In this document: positions 1-10,245 of the stretch, piece by piece
How positions within the stretch are numbered: position 1 is the stretch's first letter
Layout: the number at the start of each line of letters is the position of its first letter
From: Nemertoderma westbladi
Lineage: Eukaryota > Animalia > Xenacoelomorpha
Length of the DNA stretch: 53,242 bases
Reading direction: 5' to 3'
Assembly: GCA_032718475.1 (NCBI GenBank)
Contig: JAUCBJ010008945.1
Span: 1-53,242 of the forward strand
The notes under the pieces: generated by a model
The model's input: only the letters and a program-made list of their open reading frames with translations
Told to the model about the DNA's origin: nothing
The model's database searches: none
Translations under genes and position numbers: made by a program

Positions 1-34
1 TACCGCTCGCTATACGCATCGTAATGGTACGTAT

Positions 35-1645
35 ATGGACTTCTTAACTACTGGTCATCCTATTGATTTACACGATACCGATGATGTAGACACCGAAAGG
101 GAAATGGTTTTATTTAAATATCATACCCAGCGGAGTCGAAACGATAAATCGAGAATAGAACACGAGAACTCTATTCGAAACAGACTCGAAAGGGAAGACG
201 TTGAAGAACCTGATAAACGTAGCGACTTCAACGATTATCTAGAATTCCTAAGAGAGACCTATCTCAATGTTGCCAGTCAACAAAACCTCGAAACTCGATA
301 TCCTCAAGGTATACATCCAGACCCTATGATGGAACTCAAACAGCTTTATTTTACAATGATGTATCTTACCGCCGATCGACCACTACCTGTCGTTCCAGAT
401 AGCTTCGAACAGATGGAGGAATATTGTAAAACTGGAGAGCGATCACCCGCGTTTCCCCTTCAAGACGTGCGTCTTTGGTATTACTGTGACGAATGCCCTA
501 GACCTAACCAGCAAATCGAAAGGCATAAACATCCGCGGAGACGTTGCGCTAAACACAGTTTTACACGATATACTTATGGGAGTTTCGAGCGAAACCTTTT
601 CGACGTATCACCTACGGTCGCGCGCCTTAAGCGATCATTGAATAAACCCATGATCAGAGTTCCGGAATACTCGGTCAGACCTCCTCATTCCCAAGTGATA
701 CCTCAAACTCTCGATCCTAATAGTATTACGGATCCTCCCGAGCTGTACTCACTGTTCAAAGATCTAGTGTTACCTGAACAGTTGATTGGTGGCACTCCGG
801 TAGTGGGTTCGTTAGATATTCGCCAACCTTATCTCGCTGGACTAGGACGCGGTCATCTAATATCACCGTTTAACCCCTACAACCGTCCTGGCCTCCCTCC
901 GATCCAACCTGTTACAGAAGTCGAAGAGAGCGTGATACGAAATGCATTGGACGCTATTCGGCAGAAAATCGGAAAAGGAACTTACGATTGCTTGGAGAAA
1001 CGTAAATTGCAACAACAAGTCCAAGCGGTGAAAGAACTAGCTTTACCCCAGTTCGATAGAGAAATACAAAATCTAGAGGAGGACATCGAACGTGGACGCA
1101 CTTACTCTTTACAGGAATTCCTGGACGAGCGCTTGCAACAACAAGCGGAGGAAAATCAGCTCGAGGAGAGACATATAGAGCTGACTGAGAGGGAAGAAGC
1201 AGCTTTAGCCCAACCAGAAGCTCAAATTCTCGTGACGGATCTCTATTCCAAAACGATCCTCCACCCCTCGATGGTTCCTCATTTTAAAGACAAGCTCTTT
1301 GCTACGGTACAACCTCAACCGGTTAATACCGATCTCAGATCTCAAGAGCTCATTGCTGACGCTCCCATGCTACAACGTCCACCCATCGAGGCTGCTCGTG
1401 TCGATGGTGTACTTGTTGAGCCTCCGGACAATAGAGTGGATCTTGTCCGTCGCATGGTGCACGATGTTAACATACGCGCTAGACCTTTGCCGGACTCATT
1501 TTATGGAATTAAGGATCACCCTTATTACGTCAATTTAAAGCAATATTACATGGTAAAACCGGAAGATCCTATGCATAGTCTGAGGTTTCTACCATTAATC
1601 AATCCTCTCGATCTTGTCGAACTCGAACAACTACAAAACATCTAG
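35..1645 (+). CDS. Unknown protein segment, open upstream of the window; probable N-terminal part of a frameshifted retroelement-borne polyprotein
   Basis: 536-codon intronless ORF with no in-frame stop from position 2 to the ATG at 35. It has a Cys/His cluster (YCDECPRP...HKHPRRRCAKH) and a Q/E-rich coiled-coil-like stretch. The -1 frame is open across its stop (CAAAAC at 1634-1639) and runs into the 1753 ORF. Confidence 0.6.
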   Translation: MDFLTTGHPIDLHDTDDVDTEREMVLFKYHTQRSRNDKSRIEHENSIRNRLEREDVEEPDKRSDFNDYLEFLRETYLNVASQQNLETRYPQGIHPDPMMELKQLYFTMMYLTADRPLPVVPDSFEQMEEYCKTGERSPAFPLQDVRLWYYCDECPRPNQQIERHKHPRRRCAKHSFTRYTYGSFERNLFDVSPTVARLKRSLNKPMIRVPEYSVRPPHSQVIPQTLDPNSITDPPELYSLFKDLVLPEQLIGGTPVVGSLDIRQPYLAGLGRGHLISPFNPYNRPGLPPIQPVTEVEESVIRNALDAIRQKIGKGTYDCLEKRKLQQQVQAVKELALPQFDREIQNLEEDIERGRTYSLQEFLDERLQQQAEENQLEERHIELTEREEAALAQPEAQILVTDLYSKTILHPSMVPHFKDKLFATVQPQPVNTDLRSQELIADAPMLQRPPIEAARVDGVLVEPPDNRVDLVRRMVHDVNIRARPLPDSFYGIKDHPYYVNLKQYYMVKPEDPMHSLRFLPLINPLDLVELEQLQNI

Positions 1646-1752
1646 ATCAGCTAGTTAAACTAAACTCATTTCGAAAACCGTATAATATTTCTAGAATAGA
1701 GAAAGAAATATTACCTCCGTACAATCTTGATGGATTCATTAAAACTCGATTA

Positions 1753-2700
1753 GTGCACTGGAATCTTGACGTGTTATTCGAGGAAGAAAGAATAAAACGA
1801 TATGGAGATGTGGAAACCTATACTACACAATGCTTAAAGTATAGAGACTTACCCAATGCTAGCGAATGCGCTACTTTGTGGCATCCAGTGGGAATGACTC
1901 TCGAAAACGCCACTAAAGAATGGAACGAGACTCTTAACGTTATCGAGATGTATGGCGTTGTTACTTATGACAACGAAGGTAGCGTTCCGGTGGGAGAACT
2001 AGGAACTACGCGAATGATACATATACGAGGACTCGCTGGTTCTACCCACGTATTCACTCGAGCGTGTTCAGACGTGATTGATTATTCTTTTGAAACTCTT
2101 ACGGAGACACAAAAGAAACTTCGACATGGACAATTCGAGCTCGCGCAGCGTTACGTCACCGACACCGAGCGCAAACCGGCCATGGGTATCGATGGATCAA
2201 TGTTACCCCAACCTGTGCTCGAAATGTTGTTTAACGAAAGAATCCTGAAAATCGGCTCAGCTGTTTATGGAGATCTCCAAAACGACTTCCGGAATATGGA
2301 AAACATTCCATACCCTTTCGTTGATACTCAGCTGATTGCTCCTTGGGCCGAAGGCCGAGGTTTCTTTCGCACGATGTATGCCAATACACCCAGCGGCATT
2401 ACTAAAGTACAACGGACATCCATCGGACATCTTGCCTTTCAAGAATATGGATGGAATTTCAAAGTTGGAAATCCTATCAATTACCAGCAAGTATATGGAG
2501 ATCATTACTCTCGTTTATATTTTGATGGACCATTAACTGCGCCTGGTGCCGTATATAGCTTTATGAGTGTTCCACTTCGCCCTTCCTTAGCTATATACAC
2601 GATCTTTGAAAACGCAGCACTTGCCGGTTGGCTAGCCAATGTGTGCAGTCGTACTATACGCGCTCACCCATTAATACTTGGAACAAACTCGCCAAGTTAG
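1753..2700 (+). CDS. DEDDy-type (RNase D/WRN/Mut-7/EXD-like) 3'-5' exonuclease domain segment
   Basis: Motifs occur in the expected order: ExoI VVTYDNEG, ExoII ILKIGSAVYGDL, FVDTQLIA, an SIGHLA..YG helix motif, and an ExoIII-like PLRPSLAIYTIFE (YxxxE in place of YxxxD). Recognised by eye. Confidence 0.65.
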   Translation: MHWNLDVLFEEERIKRYGDVETYTTQCLKYRDLPNASECATLWHPVGMTLENATKEWNETLNVIEMYGVVTYDNEGSVPVGELGTTRMIHIRGLAGSTHVFTRACSDVIDYSFETLTETQKKLRHGQFELAQRYVTDTERKPAMGIDGSMLPQPVLEMLFNERILKIGSAVYGDLQNDFRNMENIPYPFVDTQLIAPWAEGRGFFRTMYANTPSGITKVQRTSIGHLAFQEYGWNFKVGNPINYQQVYGDHYSRLYFDGPLTAPGAVYSFMSVPLRPSLAIYTIFENAALAGWLANVCSRTIRAHPLILGTNSPS

Positions 2701-3812
2701 ACGAACACAATAAGTTTATACGTTTCGAATGTTTCCGGCGCTTTCTGACTCCGTTCCGTAACGTCGATAGTCAGTTCAAGGACCGCGCGCTGACCAAACT
2801 CAGTCTGAGAGACTCAGCTGCGGAGAAACTGAGTAGCGCTGGATTTGCCGTTTTTCAAGACGTTTGTATACAGAACTTACATTCATCTGTTATACAAAGA
2901 CCCCGAATACCTACAGGTTATTCTGTCGTGGAAATACAGACAGTGGGTCTACTTACTGAGACAGACGCACCCACTTCGTCTATACAGCTGGAGGATGAGC
3001 CAGTATGCTTGGAATCAGAAGCGATTCAGCCTACAGCTTCCCGGAGCAGTGACAATGATTATGTCATAGAGTGGTATCAAGGTCCACAACGTCTCACAGC
3101 GTACGATTATCGACACGCCAACTACGTTTCTCGAAAACGTTGTCGATTATGCGCATCGAGAGACCACTTCACCCCTCTAGACTCGAGCGTACCTTGTTCC
3201 TATTTCCTCGAACAACCGATGATGGAAATATATTGTGCTTATTGCAGGCTTAATAACTCTCATTTTTTTGCCGTCTGCCCACAATTTATGACTCAATGTC
3301 ACTACTGTCAACTTAAAGGACATGAAAGTTACAATTGTCCCTTTAATCGCGATTTAGAGAGCGTAGACGAGATGATCACTCTGCGATACATCCGAGCTTG
3401 GGAAGCAAACGTGGATTTACATTGCGAATCCCGACATCGCTATTACCCTGGACGAGCTTACGAGGGAGTTTACGCGTTCCATCCTCATCTATTCGCGTCG
3501 ATTGAACAGAAAACACGCGTACCAAGTTACGAGTTAATGAAGCGTGTTGGTGAGTGTATTTCCACCAAGTTTGTCAGAAAATACCTTAGAAACGTTAACC
3601 CTAATGATATAACCACATATCACCTGATCAATTTTATCCGTCAGGACCCTGAGTATGGCGACATCTTTGTGAACTCGCATCCTGAACTACAGGAAGTATC
3701 TCGGCGACCATATGAATATCGAACCCGAGAACGCGAGCTGGAGAGAACCATTAAACCGAGAAAGTTCCTCACCACTCACGGTCCACCCACTGCTACCGTC
3801 AAGGACCCGTAG
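2628..3812 (+). CDS. Segment with three tandem CCHC-type zinc knuckles
   Basis: CRLCASRDHx9C, CAYCRLNNSHFFAVC and CHYCQLKGHESYNC at about 3141-3338. Overlaps the exonuclease ORF in the -1 frame. Confidence 0.65.
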   Translation: MASQCVQSYYTRSPINTWNKLAKLDEHNKFIRFECFRRFLTPFRNVDSQFKDRALTKLSLRDSAAEKLSSAGFAVFQDVCIQNLHSSVIQRPRIPTGYSVVEIQTVGLLTETDAPTSSIQLEDEPVCLESEAIQPTASRSSDNDYVIEWYQGPQRLTAYDYRHANYVSRKRCRLCASRDHFTPLDSSVPCSYFLEQPMMEIYCAYCRLNNSHFFAVCPQFMTQCHYCQLKGHESYNCPFNRDLESVDEMITLRYIRAWEANVDLHCESRHRYYPGRAYEGVYAFHPHLFASIEQKTRVPSYELMKRVGECISTKFVRKYLRNVNPNDITTYHLINFIRQDPEYGDIFVNSHPELQEVSRRPYEYRTRERELERTIKPRKFLTTHGPPTATVKDP

Positions 3813-4057
3813 GAGCTGCTGTCCTGAGACGAGCTCTAAAGGCCGTTAGACCTCGCTCCACTGAGGTTGATATCAATCAACCAGGTACTTCGACCGGCGG
3901 GTATACCGATCGTAACCCTACACCTTCTGATGCAATTGTATTGCACCCTTCGCCTAGGAGCTACAGCCCTCCTCGTAAAGTGGCTCGCCCCAAAGAGAAG
4001 AAGACTCTTGCTAGCCTCAAAAAACTGCGTAAACGCCGTCCGCGTAAGAAAGACTAA
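3755..4057 (+). CDS. Probable C-terminal segment of the same polyprotein with a strongly basic, NLS-like tail
   Basis: Not in the ORF track. The -1 frame relative to the 2628 ORF is open from 3755 to TAA at 4055-4057 and ends ...RKVARPKEKKTLASLKKLRKRRPRKKD*. Confidence 0.5.
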   Translation, partial: TEKVPHHSRSTHCYRQGPVGAAVLRRALKAVRPRSTEVDINQPGTSTGGYTDRNPTPSDAIVLHPSPRSYSPPRKVARPKEKKTLASLKKLRKRRPRKKD

Positions 4058-4135
4058 CTGTTTAGAGTATCTTTATGTTTTAGAAACTGTGATTTTTATA
4101 TTTTATAGACTGAAAATCCCATTTTCTGGGAGCGG

Positions 4136-4773
4136 TGTAAAAGCCTTTGCTGAATTGCCCCGTTATTTTTCTTATTTTTCCATTAAAATACTCTGTAGCT
4201 GATTTAATAGGCGTAAGAGACCGTATTATTGCTGTATCGGTGTTTTTTAGAGGATCTAAGAGCTATTTCCTCCGTATGTGTACTGTGGAAGGCATAGTTG
4301 ATGATTCTATGGCAATTCCGTGACGCAAAAGGGGCTAGATACTCTTGAACAGTAGTTACTATGACGACGGTTAACAGCTGATATTCATACGTGTCGATTT
4401 TCTTTGTTCTACGGCGTCTCTTAGTTTAGTCAACCAATCAGAGCGTTTTTACGGCTCTTGTACAGAAATTTCCGAGAAATCACGCAATGCATTATGGGCA
4501 GTGTTATGATTCTGTCCTGAGCCAGGAAAGAACGGCTTTGGAATATTTTGTGCTTTTCTGCTTTTAGCCTAACACTAGTAGGCTTAATTATAAGGACATA
4601 TATCCGTTATCTATCCATAACTTAACATATCATACATATCTTACTTAACATTACTGCTTTTGCTGTCGGTTATTCATTATCTTTGTTGATGAAATATTAT
4701 ATTTGGAATAACGAGAAATAACCCCGAAAACCCAATATTCTTGATATACCGAAGGTAAGAGAGACAGGTTACA
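4136..4773 (+). mobile_element. Putative 3' LTR of an LTR retroelement that extends beyond the left edge of the window
   Basis: Starts TGTAA right after a short purine-rich tract (GGGAGCGG, 4128-4135), 78 bp after the last ORF, and ends TTACA, giving 5-bp inverted termini. Contains CCAAT (about 4434) and a TATA-like site (about 4589). The partner LTR is not in the window. Confidence 0.55.
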
Positions 4774-4819
4774 TATAACGATTGTGACTTATGTTAAAGT
4801 GGTTTGAAGTGAATCTAAT

Positions 4820-5330
4820 GTTATTTGACAGACCCTACATGATTCGGTCCGTGTTCCTTTTATATGTGACTAAAATCAGTGAAGATCGGCAGATCAGTGT
4901 GCAGTATTGTGCAGCATTGTGTATGAGTGAGACTGATAACGAAGCATTTCCTAAAGAATGCGCCATATATGTGAATTGTAACTAAGCCATATCGTTGCGT
5001 GTAGTTTAAGTCATAGCTCTGTTTATATAGATAGAGCGCCACGTCCAAAAGGAACTGTTAATATTCCCCGAAGGTGAATAATATTGTCAGAGATTATATA
5101 ATACTGTCAGTCGAATAATACATTAGGCTTACATAGCAATAAGATTAAGCCGTCGAAGTCAATCTCCTGGGTATATCCAGCGGGTGAATGATCGCGCACA
5201 GATTGGTTTCAACTAGTGTAGTGAATCAAATATTTGTCAGAGGCTAAAAGCGATTTATTATCTAGAAGACATCCTAATTTGGCGGGTTAAACTGCCAAAG
5301 GTCTGAAAGCGCGAACAACTGGTTTGTGTG
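4820..5330 (+). repeat. Old dispersed repeat, copy 1
   Basis: Collinear with the reverse complement of about 52735-53242, e.g. ATAGATAGAGCGCCACGTCC.AAAGGAACTGTTAATAT and CGGGTGAATGATCGCGC. Confidence 0.85.
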
Positions 5331-6438
5331 GTTCCTAATTACAATATTTATAGCTTTTTACAATGTGCAGTTGTTGGTACTGTAGTTTAGGTTGGTTGTT
5401 TGACAGTGGTAGGGGAAGAGAGAGAGGGGGGGGGTGGGGGTGGAGAGATGCAGATATCTGTCATCTGTAACAGTTAAACCTACCTCCCTGCCTACATTAG
5501 CATTTGGCATTGAGTTATATGCAAGACGAATGCTGATGCCGAACATATTACAACCAGACAACAGAACTTAAGTGCATTGTACTGCACAATGATTGTAAAA
5601 TGAAACAAATAATTCGGAATTTGATATCTTCCACTGTCAGACTATACAGCTGTAGGCTGTAGGCCAGTCTAAATGGCTTAGAATGTAATTTCATTTTTTT
5701 TTTCAAAAACCTATAAATTTTTCAAAAATCCAGGTTTTGGGGTTCAAACCTAAAAAACATAGGTTAACTAAAAACCTAGGTTGCCAGCCCTGACAACAAA
5801 TTGGTTTTGTTTGTATTATATGCCAACGTTACCAGGTTACACCATTAGGTTACACGTTTTTCATAACCTGTGACTTTTACTATAACTTTTTTGTATATTA
5901 TTTCAGAGTATTTTTAGCGTATCGAAACGACTAAAAATACTGTATTTTTCTGTATATTTTGGATTATTTTGAATTATTTTGAGGCTATACTTTGATCCTA
6001 ACGGACCCGACCCAAAGCACCCCTCACACGGTTTCTCTTTTTCCTCATCCCAGAGGTTTTTCTATGCTGTTACAGTACACTATTTTTATATGCCAGAAGG
6101 GAGCAATATACATCTTGGGAGGAACAGAAATCACTGTGTTTTGCACTATCGTTATCTTTGAAGGATTGTGGATGTCCGTAAATAACAAGTCATTGAAGGA
6201 CCGTGTTCTAGTGGGAAATATTTTATGACAGCCGGGAACCAAAACAATAAGGGAAAAGATAGTACTTCTTGGAACTTTTAGAGATACAAAGCCGTTTTAG
6301 GAGCTTATCGTGACATACGACCGAGCTGACATACGCCTAATAACAGAATAATTGCGTAGGCTACCGCCCTACCTGTAATAAAAGTAGGCCTACTTTTTAT
6401 TGTTAGCAATAAAAGACTAAAATTGGCCTTCTGTTACA

Positions 6439-8610
6439 ATGAACTCGTACAACGATGACGTCACTCGCTCGCCCACGACCTATTCGGCCCCTACATTGGT
6501 CTATGTTCTATCCGCCATCTCCGCTATTGGTGGATTCCTCTTCGGCTACGATACCGGCGTAATTTCCGGAGCCATGATCCTAATCCGCAAACAGTTCTCC
6601 CTCTCCGAGACCACGCAGGAGATTGTAGTCAGCTCAACCGTAGCCGCAGCCGCCGTATTCGCTATACTCGGGGGCTACATAAACGATATGATTGGTCGAC
6701 GATTCTCTCTCATGCTAGCGAGTTGCGCCTTCATCGCGGGTTCGGTTATTCTCGCTGTTTCTCCTTCCGTCGCCTTCCTCATCTCAGGTCGACTCATCGT
6801 CGGTGTCGGTATTGGGATCGCCTCGATGACCGTTCCGGTATACATTGCGGAAGTGGCTCCGGCCCATCTCCGCGGTCGCCTAGTTACCGCCAACAACATG
6901 CTGATAACCCTGGGTCAGGTGATTGCGTCGCTGGTTGACGGCGCCTTTAGTTACGATGCCGTTAACGGCTGGCGGTACATGTTGGGGTTGGCCGCGATCC
7001 CGGCCGCAGTGCTGTTCCTTGGGTTGCTGTGTCTGCCGGAGAGCCCGAGGTGGCTGGTGATGAAGGGGCGATTGGGGGCGGCGAGGCGGGCGTTGGGGCG
7101 AATACATCCGGGAGAATCGGAGAGGGGAGTCGAGGAGGAGGTGGAGAGGGTGCGTAGGGCGGTGGAGGGAGGCGGGGAGAGAAGGCCGATTACTGGGGAG
7201 GGAAGGCCGAATACTGGGGAGGGAAGGCCGAATACTGGAGAGGGAAAGCCGAATACTGGAGAGGGAAGGCCGAATATTGGGCAGGGAATGCCGAATACTG
7301 GAGAGGGAAGGCCGAATACTGGAGAGGGAAGGCCGAATACTGGGGAGGGAAGGCCGAATACTGGGGAGGGAAGGCCGAATACTGGAGAGGGAAGGCCGAA
7401 TATTGGAGAGGGAAGGCCGAATATTGGGCAGGGAATGCCGAATACTGGAGAGGGAAGGCCGAATACTGGAGAGGGAAGGCCGCATACTGGGGAGGGGAGA
7501 CCGAATACTGGGGAGGGAAGGCAGCATACTGGGGAAGGGTGGCCGATATCGTACGACGATATTGCATATTCCGACGACGACACCGCTACATTATTGGCGG
7601 GAAGGAAACCGGAACTAACCAACTTCGGCGACTTCCGTCCAACGCGAGCCTCCCGATGGGTTCTCCTCGATATGCTCCGGGTTGCCAGTGTCCGTCGGGC
7701 TCTTCTCGTCGGCTGCGTCCTACAGATGGTCCAGCAACTGTTGGGAATCAACACGGTCATGTACTACAGCGCCACTATCATCCTAATGGTGGGAGTCGCT
7801 GACAGCTCCACTGCCATCTGGTTGGCCGCCGGTACGGCTTCACTAAACTTCCTCTTCTCCCTCGTGGGTCTCTACCTAATCGAGCGGGCGGGCCGACGAC
7901 TTCTCTGTCTCGCCAGCATCCTCGGCAGCTGCTCCAGCCTCGTCCTCATCGCCGTCGCGTTTCTCATGATTCAGTCGGATTCCCCCGCGGTCTCCGTGTA
8001 CGAGACGGTCCCGGACCCAAACCACTGTGGCGTCGCTCCCAACTGCTACTCCTGCACGGTGGAGCGCACCGACTGCGGGTTCTGCTTCGACGACAGTGGC
8101 CCCGTGAACGGCTCCTGTCTGCCGGCAGTGGGCGGCAACGAGTCAGCTCCCGTGGGTGGGCGTTGTGGGGCGTCCGTAGAGGGTGCTGTATGGAATTACG
8201 GGCGATGTCCCACCTCCTACGCTTGGATGGCTCTGTTGGGGCTGTCCCTCTACCTGGCTACCTTCGCCCCGGGGATGGGTCCTGTCCCGTGGGCCGTTAA
8301 CTCCGAGATCTACCCCCAATGGGCCCGCAGTACCGGCAGTGCAGTCTCTACCACCGTTAACTGGTCCTTTAACCTCCTTATATCCGTCACTTTCCTTACA
8401 CTCACTCGTTGGCTTAGCCCACCCGGTGCCTTCTTCCTTTACACCGGTTTTGGGTTATTAGGTTTCATTTTTTTGTTCTTTAATCTTCCCGAAACTAAAG
8501 GTTCTTCCCTAGAGGACGTCGATTTGTTGTTTATAGAGCCGCTCTGTAAAATTCCTTGTAAATCTAAATCATATACCAAAATTCCCACCTCAAGTGCTGA
8601 GTACCAATAA
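6439..8610 (+). CDS. SLC2A13: Proton myo-inositol cotransporter (HMIT), MFS sugar porter family; single exon
   Basis: GGFLFGYDTGVISGAM, GRR loop, ASMTVPVYIAEVAP, GWRYMLGLAAIPA, PESPRWL, QQLLGINTVMYYSATI, the Cys-rich extracellular loop typical of HMIT (C..C....DCGFC), PGMGPVPWAVNSEIYP and LPETKG. Confidence 0.92.
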   Translation: MNSYNDDVTRSPTTYSAPTLVYVLSAISAIGGFLFGYDTGVISGAMILIRKQFSLSETTQEIVVSSTVAAAAVFAILGGYINDMIGRRFSLMLASCAFIAGSVILAVSPSVAFLISGRLIVGVGIGIASMTVPVYIAEVAPAHLRGRLVTANNMLITLGQVIASLVDGAFSYDAVNGWRYMLGLAAIPAAVLFLGLLCLPESPRWLVMKGRLGAARRALGRIHPGESERGVEEEVERVRRAVEGGGERRPITGEGRPNTGEGRPNTGEGKPNTGEGRPNIGQGMPNTGEGRPNTGEGRPNTGEGRPNTGEGRPNTGEGRPNIGEGRPNIGQGMPNTGEGRPNTGEGRPHTGEGRPNTGEGRQHTGEGWPISYDDIAYSDDDTATLLAGRKPELTNFGDFRPTRASRWVLLDMLRVASVRRALLVGCVLQMVQQLLGINTVMYYSATIILMVGVADSSTAIWLAAGTASLNFLFSLVGLYLIERAGRRLLCLASILGSCSSLVLIAVAFLMIQSDSPAVSVYETVPDPNHCGVAPNCYSCTVERTDCGFCFDDSGPVNGSCLPAVGGNESAPVGGRCGASVEGAVWNYGRCPTSYAWMALLGLSLYLATFAPGMGPVPWAVNSEIYPQWARSTGSAVSTTVNWSFNLLISVTFLTLTRWLSPPGAFFLYTGFGLLGFIFLFFNLPETKGSSLEDVDLLFIEPLCKIPCKSKSYTKIPTSSAEYQ
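7192..7548 (+). repeat. In-frame coding minisatellite, 17 x 21 bp (ACTGGRGAGGGAAGGCCGAAT, encoding TGEGRPN)
   Basis: Directly visible tandem units. It lies between PESPRWL and TM7, the central cytoplasmic loop. Confidence 0.97.
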
Positions 8611-10245
8611 TTTAAATATATTCACAGATTGTGTTCTATGTTTATAATGATAGGGCAATATAACTAACTATAATAATAATAGGCGCCTATTTAAATTAAT
8701 ATATTAAGTGAGAAAGAGGGTTTGTTGATCGCTGCACAATCCTACTACATATGGATAGACCTATATTACAATAGTATAAAAAACCAGGTAGTAAGTAGGT
8801 TAGGGGTTCCTTTATTGTTTTTATGTTGGTTTCTCTTGTACAACTCGATGGTGCTATTAGTTTATGTAATTCGTATAGTCGACGTATCTAAACACGAAAT
8901 AGGGTTAACAATTGTATTAGTTATTTAGTTTAATTAAAAGTAAATAAGATATACTTTTATAATTATGGTCAAATACAATTTTATTTCCTTATTAATTATT
9001 TATAATAATATATTCATTATTAACTTGTATTCTGCACAGAATAATAAATCGAATTGTCATAAAACAATATTATTTTATTGATTATTGTTTCTGCATTGGC
9101 GTAGGACTGAAGACCCGTGGTTTTGCATTTCTGACGCGACCAATAAATGGTAATGAATGAATTAAAAGTCAATAACATTAGGCAGTTCGACATGGGGGGG
9201 GGGGGGGGTCTCAGAAAAAGGGACCTGAAACAACAAATAACTAACTCAATATGAAATAAAGTTACAATCTGACCTGTCGAATTATTTCAAACAAGGCAGA
9301 GCTGCGTAGCAGGCACTTATGTGACTCTTAAGTCGATCTAAATTTTAATAAAGTACCGGTACATAAATTTGACTTGCTGATAGGCAACTTTAATTTGGTA
9401 TGAAAAAATATTATTTTGCCCATTAGTTAAAGACAGTAGTTACAGTTGAACAGCGACAATGTCCTGACAATATAGCCCGGTCAGCTTAGTCAACTCAACT
9501 AGCGGAAATAGTGGGTAACCCAAAACTAATTCGCAATTAATCCGAACCAATTATTTTATTCTACGTTATCTTGCTAATATTAATAACAAAAACAATTTTA
9601 AAAAAATACGATTTTCCCAAAACTTGGTACAGACAATCTTAGTCCAGTGAATATCGATTGAGAGAAATTTATTTCCAATTTCGTCAACATTTTTTCAAAT
9701 TGCATAAAATATATTATTATATTATAGGTTCCAAATATTAATTTATATGGTAAACAATGGCTGTTTGTAAATGTCAGCAAGTAAAGTACGGGTTGTATAT
9801 GTAATTGTTAAGGGAACCGTTTTCTACCTACAGCTACACCACATACATAACCAGAAAGAGGGTGACATTATGTTCATAATACAATAATACGGTTTAAAAC
9901 GTGAAGCACCCCAATAACTGAGTGTCCGCAGATTTCGCCATTTCGCGTCCTTCATGTAACGCCATCAGAAAACTAACTTCCAATGTGGATGAGCTAGCGG
10001 TATAAGTTTTCATGAATTTATAAATGTAGCACGAGCCTACTGTTGTAATTGGTAATTGCAACAAATTTATACCAATATGAATATAGCTACTGTAGGTATG
10101 GCTGACACGATGATTCGTCATTCATGTTACGGTCTTATTATTATTGTAAAATCTTACGTATACATTTTGGGGTAAATAGTAAATGTTTATCGTTGTCTTC
10201 AGATCATTGCGCACCTAATGAAGTATAACAATATACCAATGCGCT

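Noticed and set aside
3867-4202. 111-aa ORF from the track
   Set aside because: It overlaps the more plausible 3755-4057 frame and runs into the putative LTR.
4136-4376. Shorter LTR ending at GGTTAACA
   Set aside because: The end at 4773 gives a perfect TGTAA/TTACA match, includes the promoter-like motifs and abuts an unrelated repeat.
5700-5792. hAT-like terminus GTTGCCAGCCCTG, and GTGGCAACACTA at about 49860
   Set aside because: Only single ends are visible, with no partner TIR or TSD.
6880-7760. Antisense and alternative-frame ORFs over SLC2A13
   Set aside because: They are shadows of the GC-rich CDS and its 21-bp repeat.
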